Assembly: GCA_015231175.1 (NCBI GenBank)
Contig: JADGBZ010000003.1
Location: 26,463 to 90,462 of the forward strand
Source of the DNA: Magnetococcales bacterium
GTDB taxonomy: Bacteria; Pseudomonadota; Magnetococcia; Magnetococcales; DC0425bin3
Reading direction: 5' to 3'
Length of the DNA: 64,000 nt
The position numbers and the translations under genes were made by a program. The notes under the pieces were generated by a model that saw nothing but the letters and a program-made list of their open reading frames with translations, did no database searches and was not told where the DNA came from. Numbering within the stretch: the stretch's first letter is position 1; the number at the start of each line of letters is the position of its first letter. Below, one piece after another: positions 10,153-19,020 of the stretch.

Positions 10153-11011
10153 AATCATCGGCCCCCATCTGTTCGGCCTTGTAGGCGTTCGATTGATTGC
10201 TCAACGAACTGTGCAGAGCCAGATATATTTTGGCGAGACGTGGGTTGGATTTAACCTTCCGGGTAAAGGTGAACCCGTCCATGATCGGCATCTCGATGTC
10301 GGAGAAGATCAGGGTGAAGGGGCAACGTCCCCCGTCCTCAACTGATTTCTCCAATATTTTTAGTGCTTTATCTGCATTTTCCACCAGGGTGTGCCGAATG
10401 CCCATCTGATCGAGCGCCGAGCCGATCAATTGGCGGGCGGCCCGGGAGTCGTCCACGGCCAGAATGTGGTGTTCGATACGCACGATCTGGTTGGCCCTCT
10501 CCAGCAGGTCTTCGGAGACCTTATCTTCAATACCTATGATTTCACTTAATATTTTCTCAACATCCAGTATCTGGATCGGTTGATCTCCTTCATAGGTGAT
10601 GGCGGTGAGAAAACTGTCGTTGTAGACCTCTCCCTCTGGACTGATGATGTCATCCCAGCTTTTGTGGACCAGCAGATTGGGTTGGGAGATCAGAAATCCC
10701 TGAGTCGATGTGCTGTATTCGCACACCATGACATAGCTGATGACGTTGCCAAAATCGATGGGTTCGAGCCCAAGGGCCTGGGAAAGATCAACCAGGGAGA
10801 TGGCCGAGCCCCGGAAATCGATGTTTCCCTTGATCGCCGGGTGGGATTGAGGAATGCGGGTAACGTTTTTTGGGCATTCCAGGATTTCGATGATTTTAAA
10901 AACATTAAGGCCATAGAGCTGACCGTCTGTCAGATAGAAGGTCAGCATCTCCATTTCATTGCTGAAAGCAAGATTGGTTCTCTGATTGACTTCCGACATC
11001 AGGTCACTCAT
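10064..11011 (-). CDS. cheV: chemotaxis protein CheV (CheW-like domain + receiver)
   Basis: 315 aa. N-terminal CheW-like region (LTFYLTDGQLYGLNVFKIIEI). C-terminal receiver (ILAVDDS...LIFSDIEMPIMDGF...KP). Confidence 0.85.
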   Translation of the reverse strand: MSDLMSEVNQRTNLAFSNEMEMLTFYLTDGQLYGLNVFKIIEILECPKNVTRIPQSHPAIKGNIDFRGSAISLVDLSQALGLEPIDFGNVISYVMVCEYSTSTQGFLISQPNLLVHKSWDDIISPEGEVYNDSFLTAITYEGDQPIQILDVEKILSEIIGIEDKVSEDLLERANQIVRIEHHILAVDDSRAARQLIGSALDQMGIRHTLVENADKALKILEKSVEDGGRCPFTLIFSDIEMPIMDGFTFTRKVKSNPRLAKIYLALHSSLSNQSNAYKAEQMGADDFIPKFQPDRIAQAILEQLAKADMNAQAEA

Positions 11012-11442
11012 GGAATTTTCCCCTGGTTGCGGCTGGTACCAAACATGCTTTGTGCCTATGCGGCATTGGACACGATCCCCTACCCGGGAGGCTATAACAA
11101 CACGTCAGGTTGTCAAGAACAATAATTCCCTGTTAGCCATGCGACCTGCGCCCCGGGGAGGTCGTCATTTTTTTTTGAAGCCCGGGCGGCAGCACAGTTT
11201 AGGGCGCCTGCCGGGTGCCCGAGGCGGGGTTGGCCGTCCATGAATGTCCACCCGTTCGGTTGCGAGTCGAGAGTAAATAATTGCCAGGCAAGCAAACAGG
11301 GCAACGATTTACACTTGCCAACCGGTTATGGGGAGTCCTACCATTTTCCCCGAGGGATGGAACCCAATCCACAAACACATGGTCAGGAGACCCGGAAGGA
11401 GTAGAGTTTGGCACGTCGTGCCGATAACTCTTTCTTTTCATT

Positions 11443-12093
11443 GTGTTTTTGCCCGGATACCGTGTATCCATGCCAGCCATGTTTTATGAAGGCCTTGAAG
11501 AGGAAAGGGAAAATAAAGTGTTTCAAATCCGCATTCATGGAAGGGGGGGTCAGGGGGTGGTCTCCGCTGCCGAGATGTTGTCGGTAGCGGCCTTCCTCGA
11601 GGGGCGCCACGCCCAGGCCTTTCCAAGTTTTGGTTCCGAGCGCATGGGAGCGCCGGTCATTTCCTATTGCCGCATCGACGATAAGGAGATTCGCCTGCGC
11701 GAGCCCATCATGAAGCCGGATGCCATCATCATCCAGGATCCCACGCTGCTGCTTTCGGTCGATGTCTTCTCTGGGTGCTCGTCGGATGGGTACATACTGA
11801 TCAACTCCGGCAAGAGCTATGATGAATTGGGAATCGCCGACTTCGTGTCCAAGTTTCCCGCCAAGAACATCGGCAAGGTGGACGCGACGGAGTTGGCCAT
11901 CAAATATGTGGGTCGTCCCGTGCCCAACGCCTCCCTCCTGGGGATTTTCGCGGCTGTCACCGGTCAGATCAAACTGGATTCGGTGATCGCGGCCGTGCGT
12001 GAAAAGTTTCCTGGCGCCGTGGGCGAGGCCAATATCGTGGCCGCCCGTGCAGCTTACGACAGGGCCGTGGCGAACATGGGCGGAGGAGCATAA
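11443..12093 (+). CDS. 2-oxoacid (pyruvate-type):ferredoxin oxidoreductase, gamma subunit
   Basis: FQIRIHGRGGQGVVSAAEML is the typical gamma-subunit N-terminus. The true start is probably downstream of the track start (ATG 11470/11479 or GTG 11518). Confidence 0.85.
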   Translation: MFLPGYRVSMPAMFYEGLEEERENKVFQIRIHGRGGQGVVSAAEMLSVAAFLEGRHAQAFPSFGSERMGAPVISYCRIDDKEIRLREPIMKPDAIIIQDPTLLLSVDVFSGCSSDGYILINSGKSYDELGIADFVSKFPAKNIGKVDATELAIKYVGRPVPNASLLGIFAAVTGQIKLDSVIAAVREKFPGAVGEANIVAARAAYDRAVANMGGGA

Positions 12094-12095
12094 GC

Positions 12096-13364
12096 ATGCT
12101 GAAACAAATTGAAGGTTCCCAGGCCGTTGCTGAAGCCATTGCCTTGTGTCGTCCCCAGGTGATTTGCGCCTATCCCATCACGCCACAGACGCACATTGTG
12201 GAAGGCTTGGCTGCCCTGGTCAAAGCCAAGCAGCTTCAGGGGTGCGAGTTTGTCAACGTCGAGTCCGAGTTTGCTGCCTTGAGTGGCGTCATTGGTTCCT
12301 CGGCAGCCGGCGCTCGCAGCTACACGGCGACTTCCAGTCAGGGACTGTTGTTCATGGCTGAGGCCGTTTACAACGCCTCCGGTCTGGGTCTCCCCATCGT
12401 GATGACCCTCGGCAACCGGGCCATCGGCGCCCCGATCAACATCTGGAACGACCACTCCGACAGCATGGCCATGCGCGACTCCGGATGGATCCAAATCTTT
12501 GCCGAGACCAACCAGGAGGCCGTGGATCTGCATATCCTCGCCTTTCGCCTTGCCGAGGAGCTGAGCTGTCCGGTCATGGTCTGCGTGGATGGGTTCATTC
12601 TGACCCACGCCTACGAACGGATCGACATCCCCACCCAGGAACAGGTAGATGCCTTCCTGCCGCCCTATGAGCCGGTGCAGGTGCTTGATACCAAGGAGCC
12701 GGTCTCCATCGGCGCCATGGTGGGACCGGACGCCTTTGCCGAGGTGCGCTATCTCGCCCACCACAAACAGATGCGCGCCCTGGAACTGATCCCAGCCATC
12801 GGCGCCGACTTTGAAAGGCACTTTGGTCGCAAATCGGGTGGCCTCATCCATCACTATCGTACCGAAGGGGCGGAAGTCGTCGTCGTTGCCCTTGGCTCCG
12901 TCAACGGTACGATCAAGGATGTGATCGATGACATGCGCACCGAAGAGAATATTCCCATCGGTTCCATCAGCATTTGCTCGTTCCGTCCCTTCCCGTTGGC
13001 TGCCCTGCGGGAATCCCTCAAGGATGTCAAGTGCGTCATCGTGGTGGAAAAGAGTTTGGACGTGGGACTTGGCGGCGCCGTCGACCCCAATGTCCGCATG
13101 GCCCTGCGCGGTCTGGCCAAACCCCTCTTCACCGCCATCGCCGGTCTGGGTGGACGTCCCATCACCAAGAATTCCCTGAGAAACTTTTTCAAACAAGCCA
13201 TGAAGGGTGAACTGGATACGCCGCACTTCCTCGATCTCGACTGGGCCGTGGTCAATCGGGAATTGGAACGTGGACGAAAGACACGCCGTTCAGGCCCCAT
13301 TGCCGAAAATATCTTGCGCGATATCGGTCCGGGTGGACCCCTGGCCGGAGGAGAGTCATCATGA
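12096..13364 (+). CDS. 2-oxoacid:ferredoxin oxidoreductase, alpha subunit
   Basis: 422 aa. MLKQIEGSQAVAEAIALCRPQVICAYPITPQTHIVE and GLPIVMTLGNRA are typical of the POR/KOR alpha family. The stop overlaps the next gene start. Confidence 0.9.
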   Translation: MLKQIEGSQAVAEAIALCRPQVICAYPITPQTHIVEGLAALVKAKQLQGCEFVNVESEFAALSGVIGSSAAGARSYTATSSQGLLFMAEAVYNASGLGLPIVMTLGNRAIGAPINIWNDHSDSMAMRDSGWIQIFAETNQEAVDLHILAFRLAEELSCPVMVCVDGFILTHAYERIDIPTQEQVDAFLPPYEPVQVLDTKEPVSIGAMVGPDAFAEVRYLAHHKQMRALELIPAIGADFERHFGRKSGGLIHHYRTEGAEVVVVALGSVNGTIKDVIDDMRTEENIPIGSISICSFRPFPLAALRESLKDVKCVIVVEKSLDVGLGGAVDPNVRMALRGLAKPLFTAIAGLGGRPITKNSLRNFFKQAMKGELDTPHFLDLDWAVVNRELERGRKTRRSGPIAENILRDIGPGGPLAGGESS

Positions 13365-14377
13365 CCGATGCGTCATCCGATCAACCTGTCAAGTTTTACC
13401 AAAAAGGCACCTATACGGTCAGCAACCGTCTGGTGGACGCCCGTAACCGCCTGGTCCAGTCCAGCATGGATCGCAACAACTCCCTGACCTGCGGCCATCG
13501 TGCCTGTCAGGGGTGCGGTGAGGCCCTCGGCGCCCGCTATGCTGTCGATGCCGCCATGCGCGCCAGCAACAACCAGCTGATCGCCGTCAACGCCACGGGC
13601 TGCCTGGAGGTGTTCACCACCCCCTATCCGGAAACTTCGTGGCAGATTCCATGGGTTCACTCCCTTTTCGGCAATGCTCCCGCCGTGGCCTCCGGCGTTG
13701 CCGCAGCCCTGCGCGTCAAAGGGGACAAGCGTGTGCGGGTCATTGCCCAGGGGGGCGACGGCGGCACCACGGATATCGGCTTTGGCTGCCTTTCTGGCAT
13801 GTTCGAGCGCAATGACGATGTGCTCTACATCTGCTATGACAATCAGGCCTACATGAACACAGGCGTGCAACGCTCCAGCGCCACCCCGCCCGCAGCCCGC
13901 ACTGCCACCACTCCGGCAGTCGGCGATGAGCCCGGCAACGTTTTCGGCACCGGCAAAAACGTCCCCCGGATTGCCATGGCCCACGGCATTCCTTACGTCG
14001 CCACGGCCAGTGTCGCCAATCTCAAGGATCTTGAATACAAGGTCTTCAAGGCCATGGGCATTCACGGCGCACGTTACATCCACATCTCTGTTCCCTGCCC
14101 ATTGGGTTGGGGCAGCGCCCCACAAGACACGGTTCGCGTTGCCCGCATGGCCGTCGAGTGTGGACTCTACCCCCTCTACGAAGCAGAGTTTGGCGAAGTG
14201 ACCAACGTCCATAAAATTCGTCGGCCCGTCCCTGTTCAAGAATATTTGATCCTGCAAAAAAGGTTTGCCCATCTCTTCCGGAAGGACAAACCCGATACCA
14301 AACGAATCAAGGCGATTCAGGACATGGCGGATGCCAACATCAAACGCTTCAACCTCCTCGGGGAGGCCGCCTCATGA
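13361..14377 (+). CDS. 2-oxoacid:ferredoxin oxidoreductase, beta subunit (TPP-binding)
   Basis: 338 aa. CGHRACQGCGE cluster motif and the TPP motif GGDGGTTDIGF...YDNQAYMNTG. Confidence 0.9.
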   Translation: MTDASSDQPVKFYQKGTYTVSNRLVDARNRLVQSSMDRNNSLTCGHRACQGCGEALGARYAVDAAMRASNNQLIAVNATGCLEVFTTPYPETSWQIPWVHSLFGNAPAVASGVAAALRVKGDKRVRVIAQGGDGGTTDIGFGCLSGMFERNDDVLYICYDNQAYMNTGVQRSSATPPAARTATTPAVGDEPGNVFGTGKNVPRIAMAHGIPYVATASVANLKDLEYKVFKAMGIHGARYIHISVPCPLGWGSAPQDTVRVARMAVECGLYPLYEAEFGEVTNVHKIRRPVPVQEYLILQKRFAHLFRKDKPDTKRIKAIQDMADANIKRFNLLGEAAS

Positions 14378-16005
14378 CCATGATCAAGCCTTTTGCCATC
14401 ACGTTGGATCCGGGTTCCAGCCTTACCAACCACACGGGTTCATGGCGAACCTTCCGACCGGTCTACCTGGACCGGGTGCCGCCGTGCAACGATACCTGCC
14501 CGGCAGGTGAAAACATACAGAAATGGCTTTTCCATGCCGAAGAGGGGGACTACCACTCCGCATGGATGGAGATCATGCGCAACAATCCCCTGCCAGCCAT
14601 CATGGGTCGGGCCTGCTATCACACCTGTGAAAACGCCTGCAATCGGGGACACCTCGACGAAACGGTCGGGATCCATGCCGTGGAACGCTTTCTGGGCGAC
14701 CTGGCCATCGAGAAGGGGTGGATTGTCCGGTTGGAGAATCCGCCAACCGGCAAAAAAATTCTCGTCGTCGGCGCCGGTCCCGGTGGATTGTCCGCAGCTT
14801 ATCATCTTACCCTCCTGGGGCATAAGGTCATCATCCATGACTCGGCTCCCAAGGCGGGTGGCTTGATGCGGTATGGTATTCCCCGTTACCGCTTGCCGAC
14901 CTCGGTTCTGGATGCCGAAATATCCCGCATCGAGGCCATGGGCGTGCGGATCATGCTCAATTCGCCCATCCAGGATCTCGACGCCGCCATGCGGGAAGGC
15001 GGTTTCGATGCCGCCTTCGTAGCCGTTGGCGCGCAACTTCCCAAAACCCAGAAGCTCAATACCGATGGCTCGATCAAGGCCATGTATGCCATCGATATCC
15101 TGCGTCAGATCGAGGTTGGAGAGAGCACTCCGGAGATGGGGAAGCGGGTTGTGGTCATCGGTGGCGGCAACGTAGCCATTGACGCTGCACGCTCCGCCAT
15201 TCGTCTCGGCGCCCAGGTCACCATCGCCTACCGCCGCACCAGGGAGCGCATGCCCGCCCACGAGTTTGAAATCAAGGAAGCGCTTGAGGAGGGTGTCAAA
15301 CTGGAGTGCTTGCGCCGGGTCAATGAGGTCAAGGAAGGCTTTGTCATCCTTGACAAGATGGTCCTGGACGACACCGGTTGGCCACAGCCGACAGGTCAAA
15401 TGGAGTATCTGGAGGCTGATTCCGTTGTCTTGGCGCTGGGGCAGGATGTGCAGGCGCCCTTCCTGCAAAATGTTTCGGGTTTGAAATTCAATGAGGGCAA
15501 CCTTGTTGTCGATGATCACATGATGACCGGGCACCCTGGCGTCTTTGCCGGTGGTGACATGGTTCCGTCCAACCGTACCATGACCACCGCTGTCGGGCAT
15601 GGGAAGAAGGCGGCACGCAACGTCGATGCCTTCTTGCGTGGCGTGCAGTACGCTTCACCGCAAAAGCACGAGGTTGCCAGGTTTGAAAACCTGAATCCCT
15701 GGTACTACGATGACGCTCCGAAGACCGTCCAGCCTACCCTGGATTTGATCCGCAGGCAGTCGGGTTTCGAGGAGGTTCTTGGTAATCTGGACGAGGGCAA
15801 TGCGCTCTTTGAAGCGCGCCGTTGTCTCTCCTGTGGCAACTGCTTCGAGTGCGACAACTGCTACAGCGTTTGTCCAGACAACGCCATCAACAAGCTCGGG
15901 CCCGGACGACGTTTTGAATTCAAGTACGACTACTGCAAGGGTTGTGGCCTGTGCGTCCGCGAGTGTCCTTGCGGCGCCATCAAGATTCAGATGGAGAGTA
16001 TCTGA
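14374..16005 (+). CDS. GltD-like NAD(P)H-dependent flavoprotein with C-terminal 2x[4Fe-4S] ferredoxin domain
   Basis: 543 aa. Dinucleotide fold ILVVGAGPGGLSAAYHL and VVVIGGGNVAIDAA. C-terminal CLSCGNCFECDNCYSVCP and CKGCGLCVRECP. Translationally coupled to the beta subunit. Confidence 0.8.
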   Translation: MTMIKPFAITLDPGSSLTNHTGSWRTFRPVYLDRVPPCNDTCPAGENIQKWLFHAEEGDYHSAWMEIMRNNPLPAIMGRACYHTCENACNRGHLDETVGIHAVERFLGDLAIEKGWIVRLENPPTGKKILVVGAGPGGLSAAYHLTLLGHKVIIHDSAPKAGGLMRYGIPRYRLPTSVLDAEISRIEAMGVRIMLNSPIQDLDAAMREGGFDAAFVAVGAQLPKTQKLNTDGSIKAMYAIDILRQIEVGESTPEMGKRVVVIGGGNVAIDAARSAIRLGAQVTIAYRRTRERMPAHEFEIKEALEEGVKLECLRRVNEVKEGFVILDKMVLDDTGWPQPTGQMEYLEADSVVLALGQDVQAPFLQNVSGLKFNEGNLVVDDHMMTGHPGVFAGGDMVPSNRTMTTAVGHGKKAARNVDAFLRGVQYASPQKHEVARFENLNPWYYDDAPKTVQPTLDLIRRQSGFEEVLGNLDEGNALFEARRCLSCGNCFECDNCYSVCPDNAINKLGPGRRFEFKYDYCKGCGLCVRECPCGAIKIQMESI

Positions 16006-16085
16006 GAAATACCGTGGATCGATCCACGGCATAACCGAAGGGCAGGGGAGGGGGAGAGACCCCACTTCCCATGTCATTGGGGCAG

Positions 16086-16118
16086 GGGAGGGGGAGAGAT
16101 CCCCCTCCCTCCGTTTTT
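16086..16118 (+). terminator. rho-independent terminator candidate after the oxidoreductase operon
   Basis: 10-bp perfect stem GGGAGGGGGA / TCCCCCTCCC with a GAGA loop, followed by TCCGTTTTT. A degenerate copy of the same G-rich unit lies at 16040-16070. Confidence 0.6.
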
Positions 16119-16141
16119 GGTGGTTGACGCAGCCCGGCCAT

Positions 16142-17578
16142 TCAGGTCGGCGTGTTTTTGAACCGGAGCTTTTTCCGATAGATGGTGGAGGGGTTGATTT
16201 CCAACCTGGAAGCGGCTTGGGGAATGTTGCCCCCGCACAGGCGAATGGCCCTTTCGATGGCTTCCATTTCCACCTGCCAAAGGGGACGTATCGCCTCTGG
16301 GCTTTCCTGGAGAGCTTGTGTACCCTGATCATCGGGCGAAAATGGATCCTTCATGGGAGTTTTCCCATCAGGATCCTTTTCCGGGCGGACCTGGGGAGAG
16401 GGCGCACCGGCTTCCAGCGACAGCATGGAAGGAACGATGACTTCACCTTCACAAAGAACCACGCCACGCCGTATGGAGTTCTGCAGCTGGCGCACATTTC
16501 CTGGCCAGGGGTTTTCCAACAGCAACCGCTCGGCCTCTCTTGAAAATGCCTTGAATTTTTTCCCCTCTTCACGGGAAAACGTCTCCAGAAACCTGTTGGC
16601 GATCAACAACACGTCGTTCCCCCGTTCCCGCAGGGGTGGCAGATGGATCGGAATGACGTTCAGCCGGAAAAACAAATCTTCCCGAAAACGTCCAGCCTGT
16701 ACCTCCTGCCAGGGATCCTTGTTGGTGGCGCAAATGAAACGTATATCCACAACCTCCTGATGACTGCCGCCGACCTTCTGGAACGTACCGGTCTGAATGA
16801 AGCGGAGCAACTTGCTTTGCAGCTCGAAATCAAGTTCACAAATCTCGTCCAGAAAAAGCGATCCTTCATGGGCCCGGGACGCGGCCCCCGCACGGTCGCT
16901 GATGGCGCCGCTGAATGACCCGCGAACATGACCAAAAATTTCACTTTCCAGCAGATTTCGGGGAATCGCGGCACAATTAATGGCGATCAAGGGCTTGTCG
17001 CGCCGTTGGCTCTGGCGGTGGATCGCCTCAGCACAAATCTCTTTGCCGCTTCCAGATTCGCCGGTGATAAACACCGATGCCCGGCTTGGCGCCACACTCT
17101 CTATGATCCGGTAGACTCCCTGCATGAGGGCAGAAGAGCCGATGAACCCGTGGAAATCCCTCCGGTCAAAGTTTTTCCGATAGTCATGCAACAGGCCCGA
17201 CAGCCGCCGGTGTTCCATGGCGTTTTTCAGAGTGACCAGAAGCCTGTTGGCTGAAAAAGGCTTTTCCAGATAATCACTGGCTCCAAGACGCAGGGCCTCG
17301 ACAGCCGAGTCCACCGAACCATAACCCGTGATGATCACCACCGATACCGGCAAGGAGTTTTGATGGATATGGCGCAGAATCTCCATGCCGCTGCCGTCCG
17401 GAAGTTTAAGATCCAGAAGCAGCAAATCGGGCAAAGCCCCTCCTGCAAGAACGTCCATGGCCTCCTGGCCAGTCCTGACGTGCCCGACTTCCCACGGCTC
17501 CGCGTGCAGATAACCTATGTAGACTGCGGCCATGGACTCGCTGTCTTCGACCAGCAAAATGGTTTGACCGTTCTTCAT
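16142..17578 (-). CDS. sigma-54-dependent response regulator (NtrC family: REC-AAA+-Fis HTH)
   Basis: 478 aa. Receiver ILLVEDS...LLLDLKLPDGSG. AAA+ GESGSGKE, ESEIFGH. C-terminal HTH AASRLEINPSTIYRKL. Confidence 0.9.
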   Translation of the reverse strand: MKNGQTILLVEDSESMAAVYIGYLHAEPWEVGHVRTGQEAMDVLAGGALPDLLLLDLKLPDGSGMEILRHIHQNSLPVSVVIITGYGSVDSAVEALRLGASDYLEKPFSANRLLVTLKNAMEHRRLSGLLHDYRKNFDRRDFHGFIGSSALMQGVYRIIESVAPSRASVFITGESGSGKEICAEAIHRQSQRRDKPLIAINCAAIPRNLLESEIFGHVRGSFSGAISDRAGAASRAHEGSLFLDEICELDFELQSKLLRFIQTGTFQKVGGSHQEVVDIRFICATNKDPWQEVQAGRFREDLFFRLNVIPIHLPPLRERGNDVLLIANRFLETFSREEGKKFKAFSREAERLLLENPWPGNVRQLQNSIRRGVVLCEGEVIVPSMLSLEAGAPSPQVRPEKDPDGKTPMKDPFSPDDQGTQALQESPEAIRPLWQVEMEAIERAIRLCGGNIPQAASRLEINPSTIYRKKLRFKNTPT

Positions 17579-17621
17579 ACGCCACCTGCACCCAGCCGAA
17601 ATTCAACCACATGCACGCGCC

Positions 17622-17697
17622 CATGATGCCACAAGTTCAGCTTGCTCGTCACAGTCACGCGATCATGATGCCACAAATTCAGCTTGCTTGTTACAGT
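17622..17697. repeat. two copies of a 34-bp direct repeat spaced 42 bp apart, in the intergenic region upstream of the sigma-54 activator gene
   Basis: CATGATGCCACAAGTTCAGCTTGCTCGTCACAGT (17622-17655) and CATGATGCCACAAATTCAGCTTGCTTGTTACAGT (17664-17697). Confidence 0.85.
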
Positions 17698-18740
17698 TAT
17701 TCATTGTCTCCATATTTTTTCCATGATGACGCAACGCGGGTGAGGTCAAGATGGCTGCTGTTGCCCTCGCCAAAGCGGCTCTCAAAGCTCATCCGGCACC
17801 CCAATTTTCGACTTTGAACATGCAAGAGCATCATGGCAGTGTGGTCATTTGGGCTGAATTTCCCCTCCTCTGAATCTTCCGGCTCATAGGGCTGACCCCG
17901 ATCATGAACAGAAACTCTGCATAACCCCGGCTGCGTCAGAATGGAAACGACTACATCTCCCCTGGGAAGAGAAAATCGGATAGCGTTGGCGATCAAGCCA
18001 GCCAGGAGGCCGGTCAAGAGCGTCCCATCGGCAAATACCAAAACATTGCTTGGCATACCGTTCTGTTGCAAATGCAGGCGCACCTCTCTTTTGATGGCCA
18101 TCAGAGTGTTTGCGCCAAGAGCGTGCAACAGGAGTGGCCGCAGATGGCAGGGGCATGGATTCTGGCCTGTCTCTCCCTTTTCGATCATCTTGATATCCAA
18201 TACATCCTGGATTAACTCCCTGAATCGAAGTTGACTCGCCCTGGAACCTGACAGGGAGGCTTTTGTTTTGATTGGTGTCTCTGTTCTCTGGGCAACACCA
18301 TCGATAACCCGGGCAAGCTCCGCCTGGGCAACCAAATTCCGGCGTGGAGAAGGGAAATTTAATTTTTGGTCGATGCGTTTTTCCACCAGATAGCGTTTCA
18401 CCCGGGGAAGGGCATCGTTGACTTTCCACCAGGCATGCAAAAAATCCATGGATTGTTGGAGGTCAAACCGGCTGATCGGAGGAGTCATTTTTTCTCCGGT
18501 TCTGAGCAGCATGCGAGCGGAACCATCCATGGGATTGGTTCTGATCATGCTGCCGAATGCCGGACGGGAGTGTTCCCGAGGAAGTCTTGAACAAAAGATC
18601 CGCTGCCAGCGGTCAATCTCTTTCTTTTCCAAAGCGTACTCTTCACACATCCCGTTCCGAATCATGACGCTCTGGATTGGATATTCAGAGGTTTCTCTCT
18701 TCTCTCTATATAATGATTGTTCCATAGGGATAGACCTCAA
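17697..18740 (-). CDS. HATPase_c-like protein (degenerate histidine kinase, no recognisable H-box)
   Basis: 347 aa. N-box-like LIANAIRFS and a G1-like VSVHDRGQP near the C-terminus. I found no HExxTPL-type phospho-acceptor motif. Lies directly upstream of the sigma-54 regulator. Confidence 0.5.
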   Translation of the reverse strand: MRSIPMEQSLYREKRETSEYPIQSVMIRNGMCEEYALEKKEIDRWQRIFCSRLPREHSRPAFGSMIRTNPMDGSARMLLRTGEKMTPPISRFDLQQSMDFLHAWWKVNDALPRVKRYLVEKRIDQKLNFPSPRRNLVAQAELARVIDGVAQRTETPIKTKASLSGSRASQLRFRELIQDVLDIKMIEKGETGQNPCPCHLRPLLLHALGANTLMAIKREVRLHLQQNGMPSNVLVFADGTLLTGLLAGLIANAIRFSLPRGDVVVSILTQPGLCRVSVHDRGQPYEPEDSEEGKFSPNDHTAMMLLHVQSRKLGCRMSFESRFGEGNSSHLDLTRVASSWKKYGDNE

Positions 18741-18947
18741 CGATATGTGCGTTTTGGTATATCCAGCAACTCTTGCGCCAACAAATTATCATATTGATTT
18801 TATGTAATATTTTATAATATATAGATATTTTGCATGGCTGTGAATTGCAAATTGCATCTCAAAATGCAATCATTTGTGGACAATTGCCACAAGAATGGGG
18901 TGAAGCCCATCTCACTCCTTGGCTTTTTCCGTGGTGTTTGTTACATG

Positions 18948-19020
18948 GTAGTTTTTCACCATGTGGCAACGAACCGATGTCCAGGGGGCCGACTCCCTGG
19001 CAGATCCAGGATGGAGTCCA
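18948..19020 (+). repeat. partial (left-half) copy of the 147-bp hairpin repeat family
   Basis: GTAGTTTTTCACCATGTGGCAACGAACCGATGTCCAGGGGGCCGACTCCCTGGCAGATCCAGGATGGAGTCC aligns with the left half of the full copies at 24352 and 59669. Confidence 0.75.

Noticed and set aside
11409-11424. TGGCAC followed by a GGCACG-T-CGTGCC palindrome upstream of the oxidoreductase operon, as a sigma-54 promoter
   Set aside because: The spacing from GG to the nearest downstream GC is 10 nt, not 12, and there is no TTGC. It may be a small operator palindrome, but a single 6-1-6 palindrome is weak evidence.
12054-15600. 390-aa and 386-aa minus-strand ORFs (12054-13226, 14440-15600), plus the 299-aa ORF at 13373-14272
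   Set aside because: All are antisense to the well-supported oxidoreductase operon genes.
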